DNA of 64,000 nucleotides from Patescibacteria group bacterium (lineage in GTDB: Bacteria; Patescibacteriota; Saccharimonadia; Saccharimonadales; CAYUUR01). The position numbers were made by a program, and so were the translations under genes. Positions within the stretch are counted from its first letter, which is position 1, and every line of letters starts with the position of its first letter. Shown here piece by piece: positions 46,588 through 54,112 of this stretch. The stretch covers positions 3,502 through 67,501 of the forward strand of contig JBPOIH010000008.1 of assembly GCA_052034685.1 (NCBI GenBank), in the 5' to 3' direction. The notes below the pieces were generated by a model that was not told where the DNA came from, made no database searches, and saw nothing but the letters and a program-made list of their open reading frames with translations.

Positions 46588-46653
46588 CTCGGAGCGAGCT
46601 CCTGCGCGTGGCCTTGCTTCACCGAACCTCGGCTACGCCGTACGGTTCGAATC
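46588..46653 (-). repeat. Inverted copy of the X element found downstream of tRNA-Asp
   Basis: Reverse complement matches 30378-30467: GATTCGAACCG, GTTCGGT, GCAAGG and the 19-nt core CGCAGGAGCTCGCTCCGAG. The variable hairpin is replaced by CGGC gta GCCG. Confidence 0.8.
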
Positions 46654-46671
46654 GATCGTATGTAAACCAAG

Positions 46672-46700
46672 TAAAAACCCGGCCATAAGCCGGGCCTTTA
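46672..46700 (-). terminator. Intrinsic terminator of tRNA-Val
   Basis: On the minus strand: CCCGGC ttatg GCCGGG followed by TTTTT. Confidence 0.8.
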
Positions 46701-46702
46701 CT

Positions 46703-46779
46703 TGGTGGGCGATAGAGGATTCGAACCTCTCACCTCGTCAACGTCAATGACGCGCTCTAGCCAAATGAGCTAATCGCCC
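46703..46779 (-). tRNA. tRNA-Val (anticodon GAC)
   Basis: Reverse complement GGGCGAT-TA-GCTC...GAGC-G-CGTCA-TTGACGT-TGACG-AGGTG-AGAGG-TTCGAAT-CCTCT-ATCGCCC-A-CCA. Confidence 0.9.
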
Positions 46780-46854
46780 GGATTATAAAAGAACTGCTAT
46801 CTTATTTGGCGGAGCACGTCAGACGCGTCATCTCTCTTTGCAACGGTGTTGCGG

Positions 46855-46875
46855 GCCAAATGAGCTAATCGCCCG
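46855..46875 (-). repeat. Fragment copy of the tRNA-Val 5' end
   Basis: GCCAAATGAGCTAATCGCCCG is identical to 46760-46780 (21 nt). The fragment lacks the rest of the D-arm. Confidence 0.8.
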
Positions 46876-47163
46876 AGCTATATATGGCGCAGAGTTGAAT
46901 TCTGACGCCCTCAGACAGCGATTAGCATACCAGAACAGGGGAGAAAAAGGAAGTATACCTTTTATGAGATAATTTCTATCCCCAGGCAAAATGTAGAAAT
47001 GACAATACTAAAGTACTAGCCATATCATGCTAGTACTGTATACTCATTGATGTGTGAGAGTTTTGATCGGTGTTTTATGCAGGCGCTTTCGAAGATAATT
47101 GCGAGAATCTTTGAACGGCGCTTGTTTCTTTTCCAGGGTATATTGCAGCTCAAAACAGGGGTG

Positions 47164-47340
47164 TGATATACTTTATATCAAGCATTGATGTGGCCTCACC
47201 AACCACTGAGCTTCGCTTAAACGGTTGCGGTGTGCGATAACACGAGCATCATAAGTAAAAGTCCGGTGGAACCGTCTAGAAGCTATTCTGGACCCGAGAC
47301 GCGCTTGGTAGTACATGTCGTACAATCAGCGCGCTTTTTA
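47164..47340 (+). promoter_or_regulatory. T-box-like riboswitch leader of thrS (promoter, antiterminator/terminator)
   Basis: Extended -10 TG-a-TATACT (47164-47172). Helix A1 GUCCGG/CCGAGAC. 7-nt bulge UGGAACC (47267-47273). Helix A2 GUCUAG/CUGGAC. Terminator 47297-47339 with a U-run. Confidence 0.6.
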
Positions 47341-47375
47341 TTTCTAAACAAATGTAAAACCACAAGGAGAGCAGC

Positions 47376-49256
47376 ATGGCTGACAAACAGTCAAAAGAGG
47401 ATCAATTACACGCAATGCGACATAGTTTGGCGCATATTATGGCAACCGCTGTGACCACCTTGTGGCCAGAGGCCAAACTGGGCGTGGGGCCAGTCGTAGA
47501 AAACGGCTTTTATTACGATATTGACCTTGGTCAGACCAAGATTTCTGAAGAGGATTTCTCTAAGATCGAGAAAGAAATGCAAAAGGTCATCAAGGCTGAT
47601 CAGAAATTCGAAAAATCGATGATGAAAATCGACGAAGCAATTAAGTGGGCCAAGAGTGCCAAGCAGCCATATAAAGAAGAGCTACTGAACGACCTTAAAC
47701 GTGCCGGTACTACTGTTGCTAAAGACTTAGATGCAGATGAGCTGGGCACAATCACTGAGGGCGATAGCAAAATGGACGAGGTTTCGTTCTATCAGAATGG
47801 TGACTTCAAAGACCTCTGTCGTGGTCCACACGTTGAATCTACCGGCAAGGTCGGCGCCTTCAAACTAATGCGCATCGCTGGTGCCTACTGGCGTGGCAAA
47901 GAAGGTAATCCGCAAATGCAGCGCCTATACGGCGTAGCCTTTGCGACAGAAAAAGAACTCCGCCAACATCTGAATATGCTCGAAGAAGCCAAGAAGCGCG
48001 ACCACCGCAAACTCGGTCAAGAACTTGACTTGTTTATCTTCTCTGATTTAGTCGGCAGTGGGCTACCTCTCTATACTCCGCGAGGTACGTACATACGTAA
48101 CGGTCTGATCAACTTCTCTGAAGAGGTCCGCGAACAGCTCGGTTTTGAGCGTGTCTGGTCTCCGCACATTACAAAGAAAGATCTGTATGAGAAGTCAGGG
48201 CATTGGGATAAGTTTGGCGATGAGCTGTTTTTGGTAAAAAGCCAAGAAACAACCGATGAGCTGGTAATGAAGCCGATGAACTGTCCGCATCATGCTCAGA
48301 TTTATGCTGCGAAACCACGTAGCTACCGTGATTTACCGGTGAAGTTAATGGAGACAACTACAAACTACCGAGATGAAAAAACCGGTGAACTGCATGGCCT
48401 TTCACGGGTTCGCTCTTTAACGCAAGACGATAGTCATACGTATTGCCGCCCAGATCAGGTGGACGAGATTTTTGACCAGCTGATAGAGAAGATTCAAGAG
48501 TTCTATGCAGCGATTGATATGGAGCTTCATTTGCGCTTGTCTCTGAGAGATGACAGCGAATCATACCTTGGCCCGCAAAAACTTTGGGATTTTGGCCAGA
48601 AGAAACTTGCTGAGATTGCCGGTCGCAACAAACTCGAATACTACGCAGAAGAAGGTGAGGCCGCATTCTATGGTCCAAAGCTCGATTTCATGGCCAAAGA
48701 CGCCATTGGTCGCGTTTGGCAGGTGGCAACGGTGCAGTTTGACTTTGTCCAGCCTGAGCGCTTTGAACTCGCCTACATTGACGAAAAGGGCGAAAAACAG
48801 CGGCCAATCATGATTCATTGCGCAATTATGGGCAGTTTTGACCGCTTCTTCTCGGTGTACATTGAGCATACGGCTGGCAAGTTCCCAGTTTGGTTGGCCC
48901 CAGAACAGGTCAGACTCATTACAGTGAACCAAGAAGAGCCAACCGTAAAATGTGCTGAAGAATTCTTTGATAAGGCCAAAGCTAAAGGACTTCGAGTAAC
49001 TATCGACAATTCCAACGAATCTGTTGGCAAGAAGATTCGTGCATCAGAGATGATGAAAGTGCCATACACATTGGTGATTGGGGAGAAAGAAGTTGCTTCT
49101 GGCGAAGTAGTGCCACGTGTCCGCAAAGACATCGAAGTCCAAACTCAGCAAACACCGGTAACTATCGATGAATTTCTCGGTACAGTAGCCAATGAAACCA
49201 AAGCTCGCACCAGTCATACCTCGCTACAAGGGGTCAAAACCAAGCATGAAGCCTGA
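47376..49256 (+). CDS. thrS: Threonyl-tRNA synthetase (lacks N-terminal TGS domain)
   Basis: MRHSLAHIMA editing-domain motif, class II core (FYQNGDFKDLCRGPH, HRKLG, RDEKTGELHGLSRVR) and an anticodon-binding domain. SD AAGGAGA. Confidence 0.9.
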   Translation: MADKQSKEDQLHAMRHSLAHIMATAVTTLWPEAKLGVGPVVENGFYYDIDLGQTKISEEDFSKIEKEMQKVIKADQKFEKSMMKIDEAIKWAKSAKQPYKEELLNDLKRAGTTVAKDLDADELGTITEGDSKMDEVSFYQNGDFKDLCRGPHVESTGKVGAFKLMRIAGAYWRGKEGNPQMQRLYGVAFATEKELRQHLNMLEEAKKRDHRKLGQELDLFIFSDLVGSGLPLYTPRGTYIRNGLINFSEEVREQLGFERVWSPHITKKDLYEKSGHWDKFGDELFLVKSQETTDELVMKPMNCPHHAQIYAAKPRSYRDLPVKLMETTTNYRDEKTGELHGLSRVRSLTQDDSHTYCRPDQVDEIFDQLIEKIQEFYAAIDMELHLRLSLRDDSESYLGPQKLWDFGQKKLAEIAGRNKLEYYAEEGEAAFYGPKLDFMAKDAIGRVWQVATVQFDFVQPERFELAYIDEKGEKQRPIMIHCAIMGSFDRFFSVYIEHTAGKFPVWLAPEQVRLITVNQEEPTVKCAEEFFDKAKAKGLRVTIDNSNESVGKKIRASEMMKVPYTLVIGEKEVASGEVVPRVRKDIEVQTQQTPVTIDEFLGTVANETKARTSHTSLQGVKTKHEA

Positions 49257-49563
49257 AAACACCTTTCGGGATAGAGTGTATGCGATTGTGTCGCAGATTC
49301 CGAAGGGCCGTGTCATGACCTATGGCCAGATCGCAGCGCTGTGCGGCAATCCACGAGCTGCCCGGATTGTTGGTGGTGTAGCGCACTGGGGCGACCAGAG
49401 CTTGCCGTGGCAGCGCGTTGTCAAGAAAGATGGCTCTCTGGCCGAAGGTTTCCCAGGTGGCACGGAAGGCCATGCGCAAGTACTGCGTCAAGAGGGGGTT
49501 GCCGTAGACACTAACTACCGAATTAACATACGGGAGCTCTTATGGCAGCCGGACCACTTGTAG
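49246..49563 (+). CDS. MGMT-family DNA-binding protein (alkyltransferase-like, YbaZ-type)
   Basis: IPKGRVMTYGQIAAL...PRAARIVGG and PWQRVV. No PCHR active-site Cys motif was seen. The ATG at 49246 overlaps the thrS end. Confidence 0.7.
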   Translation: MKPENTFRDRVYAIVSQIPKGRVMTYGQIAALCGNPRAARIVGGVAHWGDQSLPWQRVVKKDGSLAEGFPGGTEGHAQVLRQEGVAVDTNYRINIRELLWQPDHL

Positions 49564-50411
49564 CGATTGTTGGCGAAACTGCGAGCGGCAAGTCGGCCAT
49601 GGCTATGGAGCTGGCTCGGGAGTTCGATGGTGAGATTATCTGTGCTGATTCACGCACGGTATATGTTGGTATGGATATTGGCACTGCCAAACCGTCAACA
49701 GCAGATCGATCATTAATACCGCATCACATTTTGGACGTCATAACGCCCGACCAGCGATTCAGTGCAGCCGACTTCAAGGCTCAGGCTGAGGCGGCAATTG
49801 CTGATATTCTGGCGCGCGGCAAGCTACCAATTATGGTCGGTGGGACGGGCTTGTATGTCGATGCCGTACTGTATGATTTTGCCTTTCGCGCACCAGCTAA
49901 TCCAGCCGAAAGACAAAAACTCGAAAAGTTATCTGTAGAGGAATTACAACAAGCATTAGCGGCAAATGGTATACCGCTGCCAAATAACCCGCAAAATCCC
50001 CGTCACCTGATTAGGGCACTCGAGACAGGTGGTCAGCAGCCAGAACGCCGAACCCTTAGGGGTAATACTTTGGTGCTGGGGCTCAAAATCGACAGAGAAT
50101 TGCTAGAAAAACGGATTGAAAAAAGAATCGATGACATGGTTACAACAGGTTTACTGGAAGAAATTGAATTGTTGGCACAAAAGTATGGTTGGGATGCGCC
50201 CGGTTTGCAGGCGCCAGGCTATCGCGCATTTCGTCCATATTTTGCTGGTGAGATAGATATTGAAACCGCCAAGAAGCAGTTTGCCCAGAACGACAAGCAG
50301 CTCGCCAAAAGGCAACGAACTTGGTTCAAACGTAACGCTGACATTCAGTGGGTTTCTTCGGTTGAACAAGCAAGAGTACAGGTTAAAAATTTACTACAAG
50401 ACAATGCGTAA
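49542..50411 (+). CDS. miaA: tRNA dimethylallyltransferase
   Basis: P-loop GETASGKSA, IICADSRTVYVGMDIGTAKPS, GGTGLY. Confidence 0.9.
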   Translation: MAAGPLVAIVGETASGKSAMAMELAREFDGEIICADSRTVYVGMDIGTAKPSTADRSLIPHHILDVITPDQRFSAADFKAQAEAAIADILARGKLPIMVGGTGLYVDAVLYDFAFRAPANPAERQKLEKLSVEELQQALAANGIPLPNNPQNPRHLIRALETGGQQPERRTLRGNTLVLGLKIDRELLEKRIEKRIDDMVTTGLLEEIELLAQKYGWDAPGLQAPGYRAFRPYFAGEIDIETAKKQFAQNDKQLAKRQRTWFKRNADIQWVSSVEQARVQVKNLLQDNA

Positions 50412-50431
50412 CAATTTGTTACAATAGGTAC

Positions 50432-51049
50432 GTGATAGAACAACTTTTTGGGAGCAAAACGAGGGTAAAGTTACTGCAGCTCTTCTGTAGTAACCCTAAC
50501 AGGTCTTTTTATGTGCGTGAAATTACGCGCAAGATTGATGAGCAGATCAATTCTGTTCGGCGTGAGCTCGCCAATCTGTTGAGTATTGGCATTATTTCAT
50601 CTGATGACAACAAAAACCGCCTGTATTACGAGGTTAATCAAGAGTATGAGCATTATAAGGCGCTTGCAGCGATGTTCGGCGGACAGACACTGACAGTGCC
50701 AACCGCAACCGGTGAAGAGAAGGAAGACGGCCTCAAAGAACTTAAATCGATCGGCAATATCGACATTGCGTTGCTAACAGGGGTGTTTACCCGAGACACA
50801 ACGGCGAGTGTTGATTTCTTGGTTGTCGGGGATATCAACCAAACCAAGCTTGATAAGTACGTCGCTGCCTTTGAGAAAAAGGAAGGCAAGGAGATTCGCT
50901 ATGCATCAATGAGCGTCAGCGACTTTCAATACCGTAAACAGATTAACGACCGTTTTCTCGCAGGGGTCATGAGTGCCAAAAAGCAGGTTCTCATAGACAA
51001 GCATGGTGAATTTACAGAAAAAAAGACTAAAGAGGAGAAAAAGAAATAA
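50432..51049 (+). CDS. Winged-helix (ArsR-like) transcriptional regulator with a C-terminal domain
   Basis: FGSKTRVKLLQLF...FYVREITRKIDEQINSVRRELANLLSIGII. GTG start 6 nt after a TACAAT box. Confidence 0.55.
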   Translation: MIEQLFGSKTRVKLLQLFCSNPNRSFYVREITRKIDEQINSVRRELANLLSIGIISSDDNKNRLYYEVNQEYEHYKALAAMFGGQTLTVPTATGEEKEDGLKELKSIGNIDIALLTGVFTRDTTASVDFLVVGDINQTKLDKYVAAFEKKEGKEIRYASMSVSDFQYRKQINDRFLAGVMSAKKQVLIDKHGEFTEKKTKEEKKK

Positions 51050-51678
51050 TGGATATTCAGTTTTTTGGAGCTAATTGTGTGCGTATCGCTAACAAAAAGG
51101 CTACTTTGGTTTTTGACGACAATCTCAGCGAACTCGGCGCCAAATCAGTTACAAAAAATGGTGACGTGGCTTTGTTTACTGGTGTGCATGATTCACCAAA
51201 AGCGGAAGTACGCCTGTCGATAGACTTTCCTGGTGAGTATGAGGTTGCTGATATCTCGGTGCGAGGCGTACAAGCACGCGCTCACATTGATGAAGAAGGT
51301 AAGCGGACGGCTGTGATGTACCGGCTGATGATGGACGACATCCGTGTTGCTGTTGTCGGGCACGTGCACCCTGATATTACAGAGGCTCAGCTGGAACTCC
51401 TCGGCGTTATTGATGTGCTGGTTATCCCTGTTGGCGGCAACGGTTATACGCTTGACAGCATTGGCGCACTCAAACTCATCAAGAAAATCGAGCCAAAGAT
51501 TGTTATCCCGACACATTACGATGACAAAGACCTCAAATTTCAGGTGCCTCAGCAAACATTAACCGACGCACTTACTGGGTTGTCTATGGAGGCTGCAGAG
51601 ACGGTTGAACGGCTCAAGCTTAAGGCTTCTGACCTCGACGAGACAACTAAGTTGATCGTTGTTGAACGTTCTAAATAA
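51049..51678 (+). CDS. MBL-fold metallo-hydrolase-like protein
   Basis: Beta-lactamase-fold pattern (FFGANCVRI..., VVGHVHPD, VIPTHYDD). The start overlaps the upstream stop. Confidence 0.55.
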   Translation: MDIQFFGANCVRIANKKATLVFDDNLSELGAKSVTKNGDVALFTGVHDSPKAEVRLSIDFPGEYEVADISVRGVQARAHIDEEGKRTAVMYRLMMDDIRVAVVGHVHPDITEAQLELLGVIDVLVIPVGGNGYTLDSIGALKLIKKIEPKIVIPTHYDDKDLKFQVPQQTLTDALTGLSMEAAETVERLKLKASDLDETTKLIVVERSK

Positions 51679-51695
51679 GCACATAGTTCTGGTAA

Positions 51696-51726
51696 CAAAA
51701 AAGCTCTTCGTTGGAAGAGCTTTTTA
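51696..51726. terminator. Bidirectional intrinsic terminator
   Basis: AGCTCTTC gttg GAAGAGCT, flanked by an A-run and a T-run, between convergent genes. Confidence 0.8.
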
Positions 51727-51755
51727 AAGCCAGTTACGATTTACGATGAGGGCGG

Positions 51756-51950
51756 TTATTTAGCAATAACACCTTGTTTTTTGAGTGTGCGGATACCTTG
51801 AGCACTGATCTTCATCTTGACCTTTTTGCCATCGACAATAATGGTTTTGGTCTGAAGATTTGGCTTCCAAACTTTCTTGGTATGACGCTGTGAGAAGCTC
51901 ACATTGTGACCAAATTGCTTGCCTTTACCGGTGATTTCACATTTCTGCAT
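51756..51950 (-). CDS. rpmB: 50S ribosomal protein L28
   Basis: MQKCEITGKGKQFGHNVSFSQRHTKKVWKPNLQ. Start set at the ATG at 51950. Confidence 0.9.
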   Translation of the reverse strand: MQKCEITGKGKQFGHNVSFSQRHTKKVWKPNLQTKTIIVDGKKVKMKISAQGIRTLKKQGVIAK

Positions 51951-52044
51951 GATTTTATCCTTAAGATTCAAAGCCGTATTGTAGCGGTTTTACCTCTGTA
52001 GGTCAAGCCTTAAATACGCGCAATGTTTGCTATACTAGAATGAC

Positions 52045-52671
52045 ATGAATATTGACCTGACCGGCATTAACATTCTGTTTTACCTTGTTTCGCTGATTTT
52101 TGCCATTGGTATACACGAGGCGATGCACGGGTATGCGGCGTTTTGGCTTGGTGACGACACGGCGCGGCAAGAGGGTCGGTTAACGCTCAACCCGCTCAAA
52201 CATATTGACCCCGTCCTGACGGTACTTATGCCGATGATGCTTCTGTTGCTTGGTCTACCTCCGTTTTTGGCTGCCAAACCAGTGCCGTTTAACCCGATGC
52301 GGGTTAAATATGAGGAATTTGGTGCAGCGCTGATTGCCCTAGCAGGTCCGCTGACTAACTTTGCCTTAGCCGCGTTCACTGCTGTTCTACTCAGGCTATT
52401 TGTAGGTATCGATTCATTGTATCTACTGCAGGCTTTGTCGATCTTCTTAGTAGTTAACGTAGCTATCTTTGTCTTTAATATGATACCGTTTCCGCCGCTC
52501 GATGGTTCGCGCGTGCTCTATGCAGTGGCACCAGCCCCAGTGCAACGCGTTATGGAGCAGATTGAACAGATGGGTCTCATCATCATCTTGATATCTTTTG
52601 CGTTGCTCTACAGTGTGATCGGTCCATTCCTACGAGATATGAACCAAGCAGTCCTACAATTTTTGCTTTAA
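52045..52671 (+). CDS. Site-2 protease family (M50) membrane metalloprotease
   Basis: HEAMHG (HExxH) within a TM helix, LNPLKHIDP, and a downstream PPLDGS (NPDG-like) motif. TGCTATACT box 8 nt upstream of the ATG. Confidence 0.8.
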   Translation: MNIDLTGINILFYLVSLIFAIGIHEAMHGYAAFWLGDDTARQEGRLTLNPLKHIDPVLTVLMPMMLLLLGLPPFLAAKPVPFNPMRVKYEEFGAALIALAGPLTNFALAAFTAVLLRLFVGIDSLYLLQALSIFLVVNVAIFVFNMIPFPPLDGSRVLYAVAPAPVQRVMEQIEQMGLIIILISFALLYSVIGPFLRDMNQAVLQFLL

Positions 52672-52699
52672 GAATTTGTAGCGAAGGCGTAGAATAAAA

Positions 52700-52828
52700 G
52701 TGGCTGATGCCAAAAAATGATAATCTGAATATTTATCATTAGGGAGCTCAATATTCGTGTCGGCCGGGGGTCGACATATGAGAGCACCCACCTGGGTTCA
52801 TTCCAGGTTGTCATACGGTATCAGCCAC
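52700..52828 (+). ncRNA. Candidate 129-nt structured RNA with a four-way-junction (cloverleaf-like) fold
   Basis: 12-bp closing helix GUGGCUGAUGCC/GGUAUCAGCCAC. Arms AAUGAUAA/UUAUCAUU, GGGAGCUC...GAGAGCACCC enclosing UGUCGGCC/GGUCGACA, and CCUGG-GUUCAUU-CCAGG. G-U pairs form only on the plus strand. TAGAAT at 52690-52695. Confidence 0.5.
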
Positions 52829-52833
52829 AAAAA

Positions 52834-52857
52834 AGCTCGAGAAAATCCTCGAGCTTC
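52834..52857. terminator. Bidirectional terminator hairpin
   Basis: AGCTCGAG aaaatc CTCGAGCT. A6 upstream gives a U-run for the minus-strand tRNA operon, and CTTCTGTTT lies downstream. Confidence 0.7.
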
Positions 52858-52870
52858 TTCTGTTTATAAA

Positions 52871-52935
52871 GGTCGGGATGACAAGACTTGAACCTGCGAC
52901 CTCACGGCCCCCAGCCGTACAAGGGGTCCCCACAA
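52871..52935 (-). pseudogene. Truncated tRNA-Pro(GGG)-like 3' fragment (no acceptor 5' strand or D-arm)
   Basis: Reverse complement gives TACGG-CTGGGGG-CCGTG-AGGTC-GCAGG-TTCAAGT-CTTGT-CATCCCG-A-CC. No complementary 5' acceptor strand lies upstream. Confidence 0.65.
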
Positions 52936-52943
52936 AATCTTTA

Positions 52944-53019
52944 TGGTCAGGGTGAGAGGACTTGAACCTCCGGTCTCCGGACCCCCAGCCCGGCGCTTTA
53001 CCAACTAAGCTACACCCTG
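52944..53019 (-). tRNA. tRNA-Pro (anticodon GGG)
   Basis: Reverse complement CAGGGTG-TA-GCTT...AAGC-G-CCGGG-CTGGGGG-TCCGG-AGACC-GGAGG-TTCAAGT-CCTCT-CACCCTG-A-CCA. Confidence 0.85.
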
Positions 53020-53043
53020 TTAACAGAGGTATTTTAGCGTATT

Positions 53044-54072
53044 CTAACGTATCAGCATAGAGTCGCCGTAGGAGAGGAAGTGATACTTTTCTTCAACGGC
53101 CTTCTCGTAGGCTAATTTGAGGTTGTCCCAACCGGCGAAAGCAGCTGTGAGCATCAGTACCGTGCTGCGTGGCGCGTGGAAGTTGGTGAGTAATTGGTCA
53201 ACTATCTTAAACTCATAGCCTGGATAGATGAAGATGTTGGCCTCGCCAGATAGGTTTTGTGGCTTGGCGTCTAGGATGTCAGCTGCACAATACTCAAGTG
53301 TGCGTGTGACGGTGGTACCGATGGCGCAGACTTTATTACGGGACTTTTTGGCTTGCCGAATTGCGGCAACGGTTTCTTCAGGTACCTCATAATACTCACT
53401 GTGCATCTGGTGTTCTTCTACGTTGTCAGTGCGGATGGGCAGGAAGGTGCCAAGACCGACATGCAGAGTGAGGTAGGCAATGTGTACGCCTTTGTTGCGT
53501 AGTCTGGCCTCTAGCTCCTCAGTAAAGTTGAGTGAGGCAGTTGGAGCGGCCACAGAACCGGCGTCACGCGCAAAAACGGTCTGATACCGCTCAGTATCAG
53601 TTTGGTCGGCGTGACGCTTCATGTAGGGCGGTAAAGGAACTTCACCGTAACGTTCGGCGAGGTCAAGTAAGTTTTCCTCTGTTTGGACAATCGCCAGTCC
53701 ACCGTCTAGTACCTCCTTGACGATAATAGTGTGCATATGAACGGTTAGCACTTCACCTGTTCGGATACGGCCACGATACAGTACTTTGTGTTGATGGACG
53801 CCAAATACTTTACCATGCTTTTCGATAAGCAATAACTCACGTTCCTTGCCGTCGTTGTTTTTTGCGATCAAACGCGCCTTAATAACCTTCGTGTTATTGA
53901 GAACCAATAGATCTCCAGTGTCCAGGTAGTCAGCAAGATCAGCGTAGTAATGATGGCTGATGTCACCAGATTTTTTGTCCAAGACTAATAATCGCGTACT
54001 GCCGCGTTGTTCAGGTGGTCGGTCGGCAATCAGTTCGTCAGGGAGTTGGTAATCATAGTCGCTAATTTTCAT
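53044..54072 (-). CDS. queA: S-adenosylmethionine:tRNA ribosyltransferase-isomerase
   Basis: MKISDYDYQLPDELIADRPPEQRGSTRLLVL, PLPPYM, VGLGTF. I prefer the ATG at 54072 (TACAAT 7 nt upstream). The upstream 124 codons of the ORF look non-genic. Confidence 0.9.
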   Translation of the reverse strand: MKISDYDYQLPDELIADRPPEQRGSTRLLVLDKKSGDISHHYYADLADYLDTGDLLVLNNTKVIKARLIAKNNDGKERELLLIEKHGKVFGVHQHKVLYRGRIRTGEVLTVHMHTIIVKEVLDGGLAIVQTEENLLDLAERYGEVPLPPYMKRHADQTDTERYQTVFARDAGSVAAPTASLNFTEELEARLRNKGVHIAYLTLHVGLGTFLPIRTDNVEEHQMHSEYYEVPEETVAAIRQAKKSRNKVCAIGTTVTRTLEYCAADILDAKPQNLSGEANIFIYPGYEFKIVDQLLTNFHAPRSTVLMLTAAFAGWDNLKLAYEKAVEEKYHFLSYGDSMLIR

Positions 54073-54112
54073 CTGTGCTATTGTACGGGAAAATAGGGTA
54101 GAATAGAAACAG

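Noticed and set aside
52700-52828. Identification of the four-way-junction RNA as a hammerhead ribozyme, tmRNA, SRP RNA or Y-RNA-like RNA
   Set aside because: - Hammerhead: it contains CUGAUG, but the seventh core nucleotide is C and there is no GAAA or cleavage-site context.
- tmRNA: there is no tRNA-Ala-like acceptor ending in CCA and no tag ORF.
- SRP RNA: no GGAA/AGCA domain IV motifs are present.
- Y RNA: no Ro (rsr) gene is nearby.

The element is left as unclassified.
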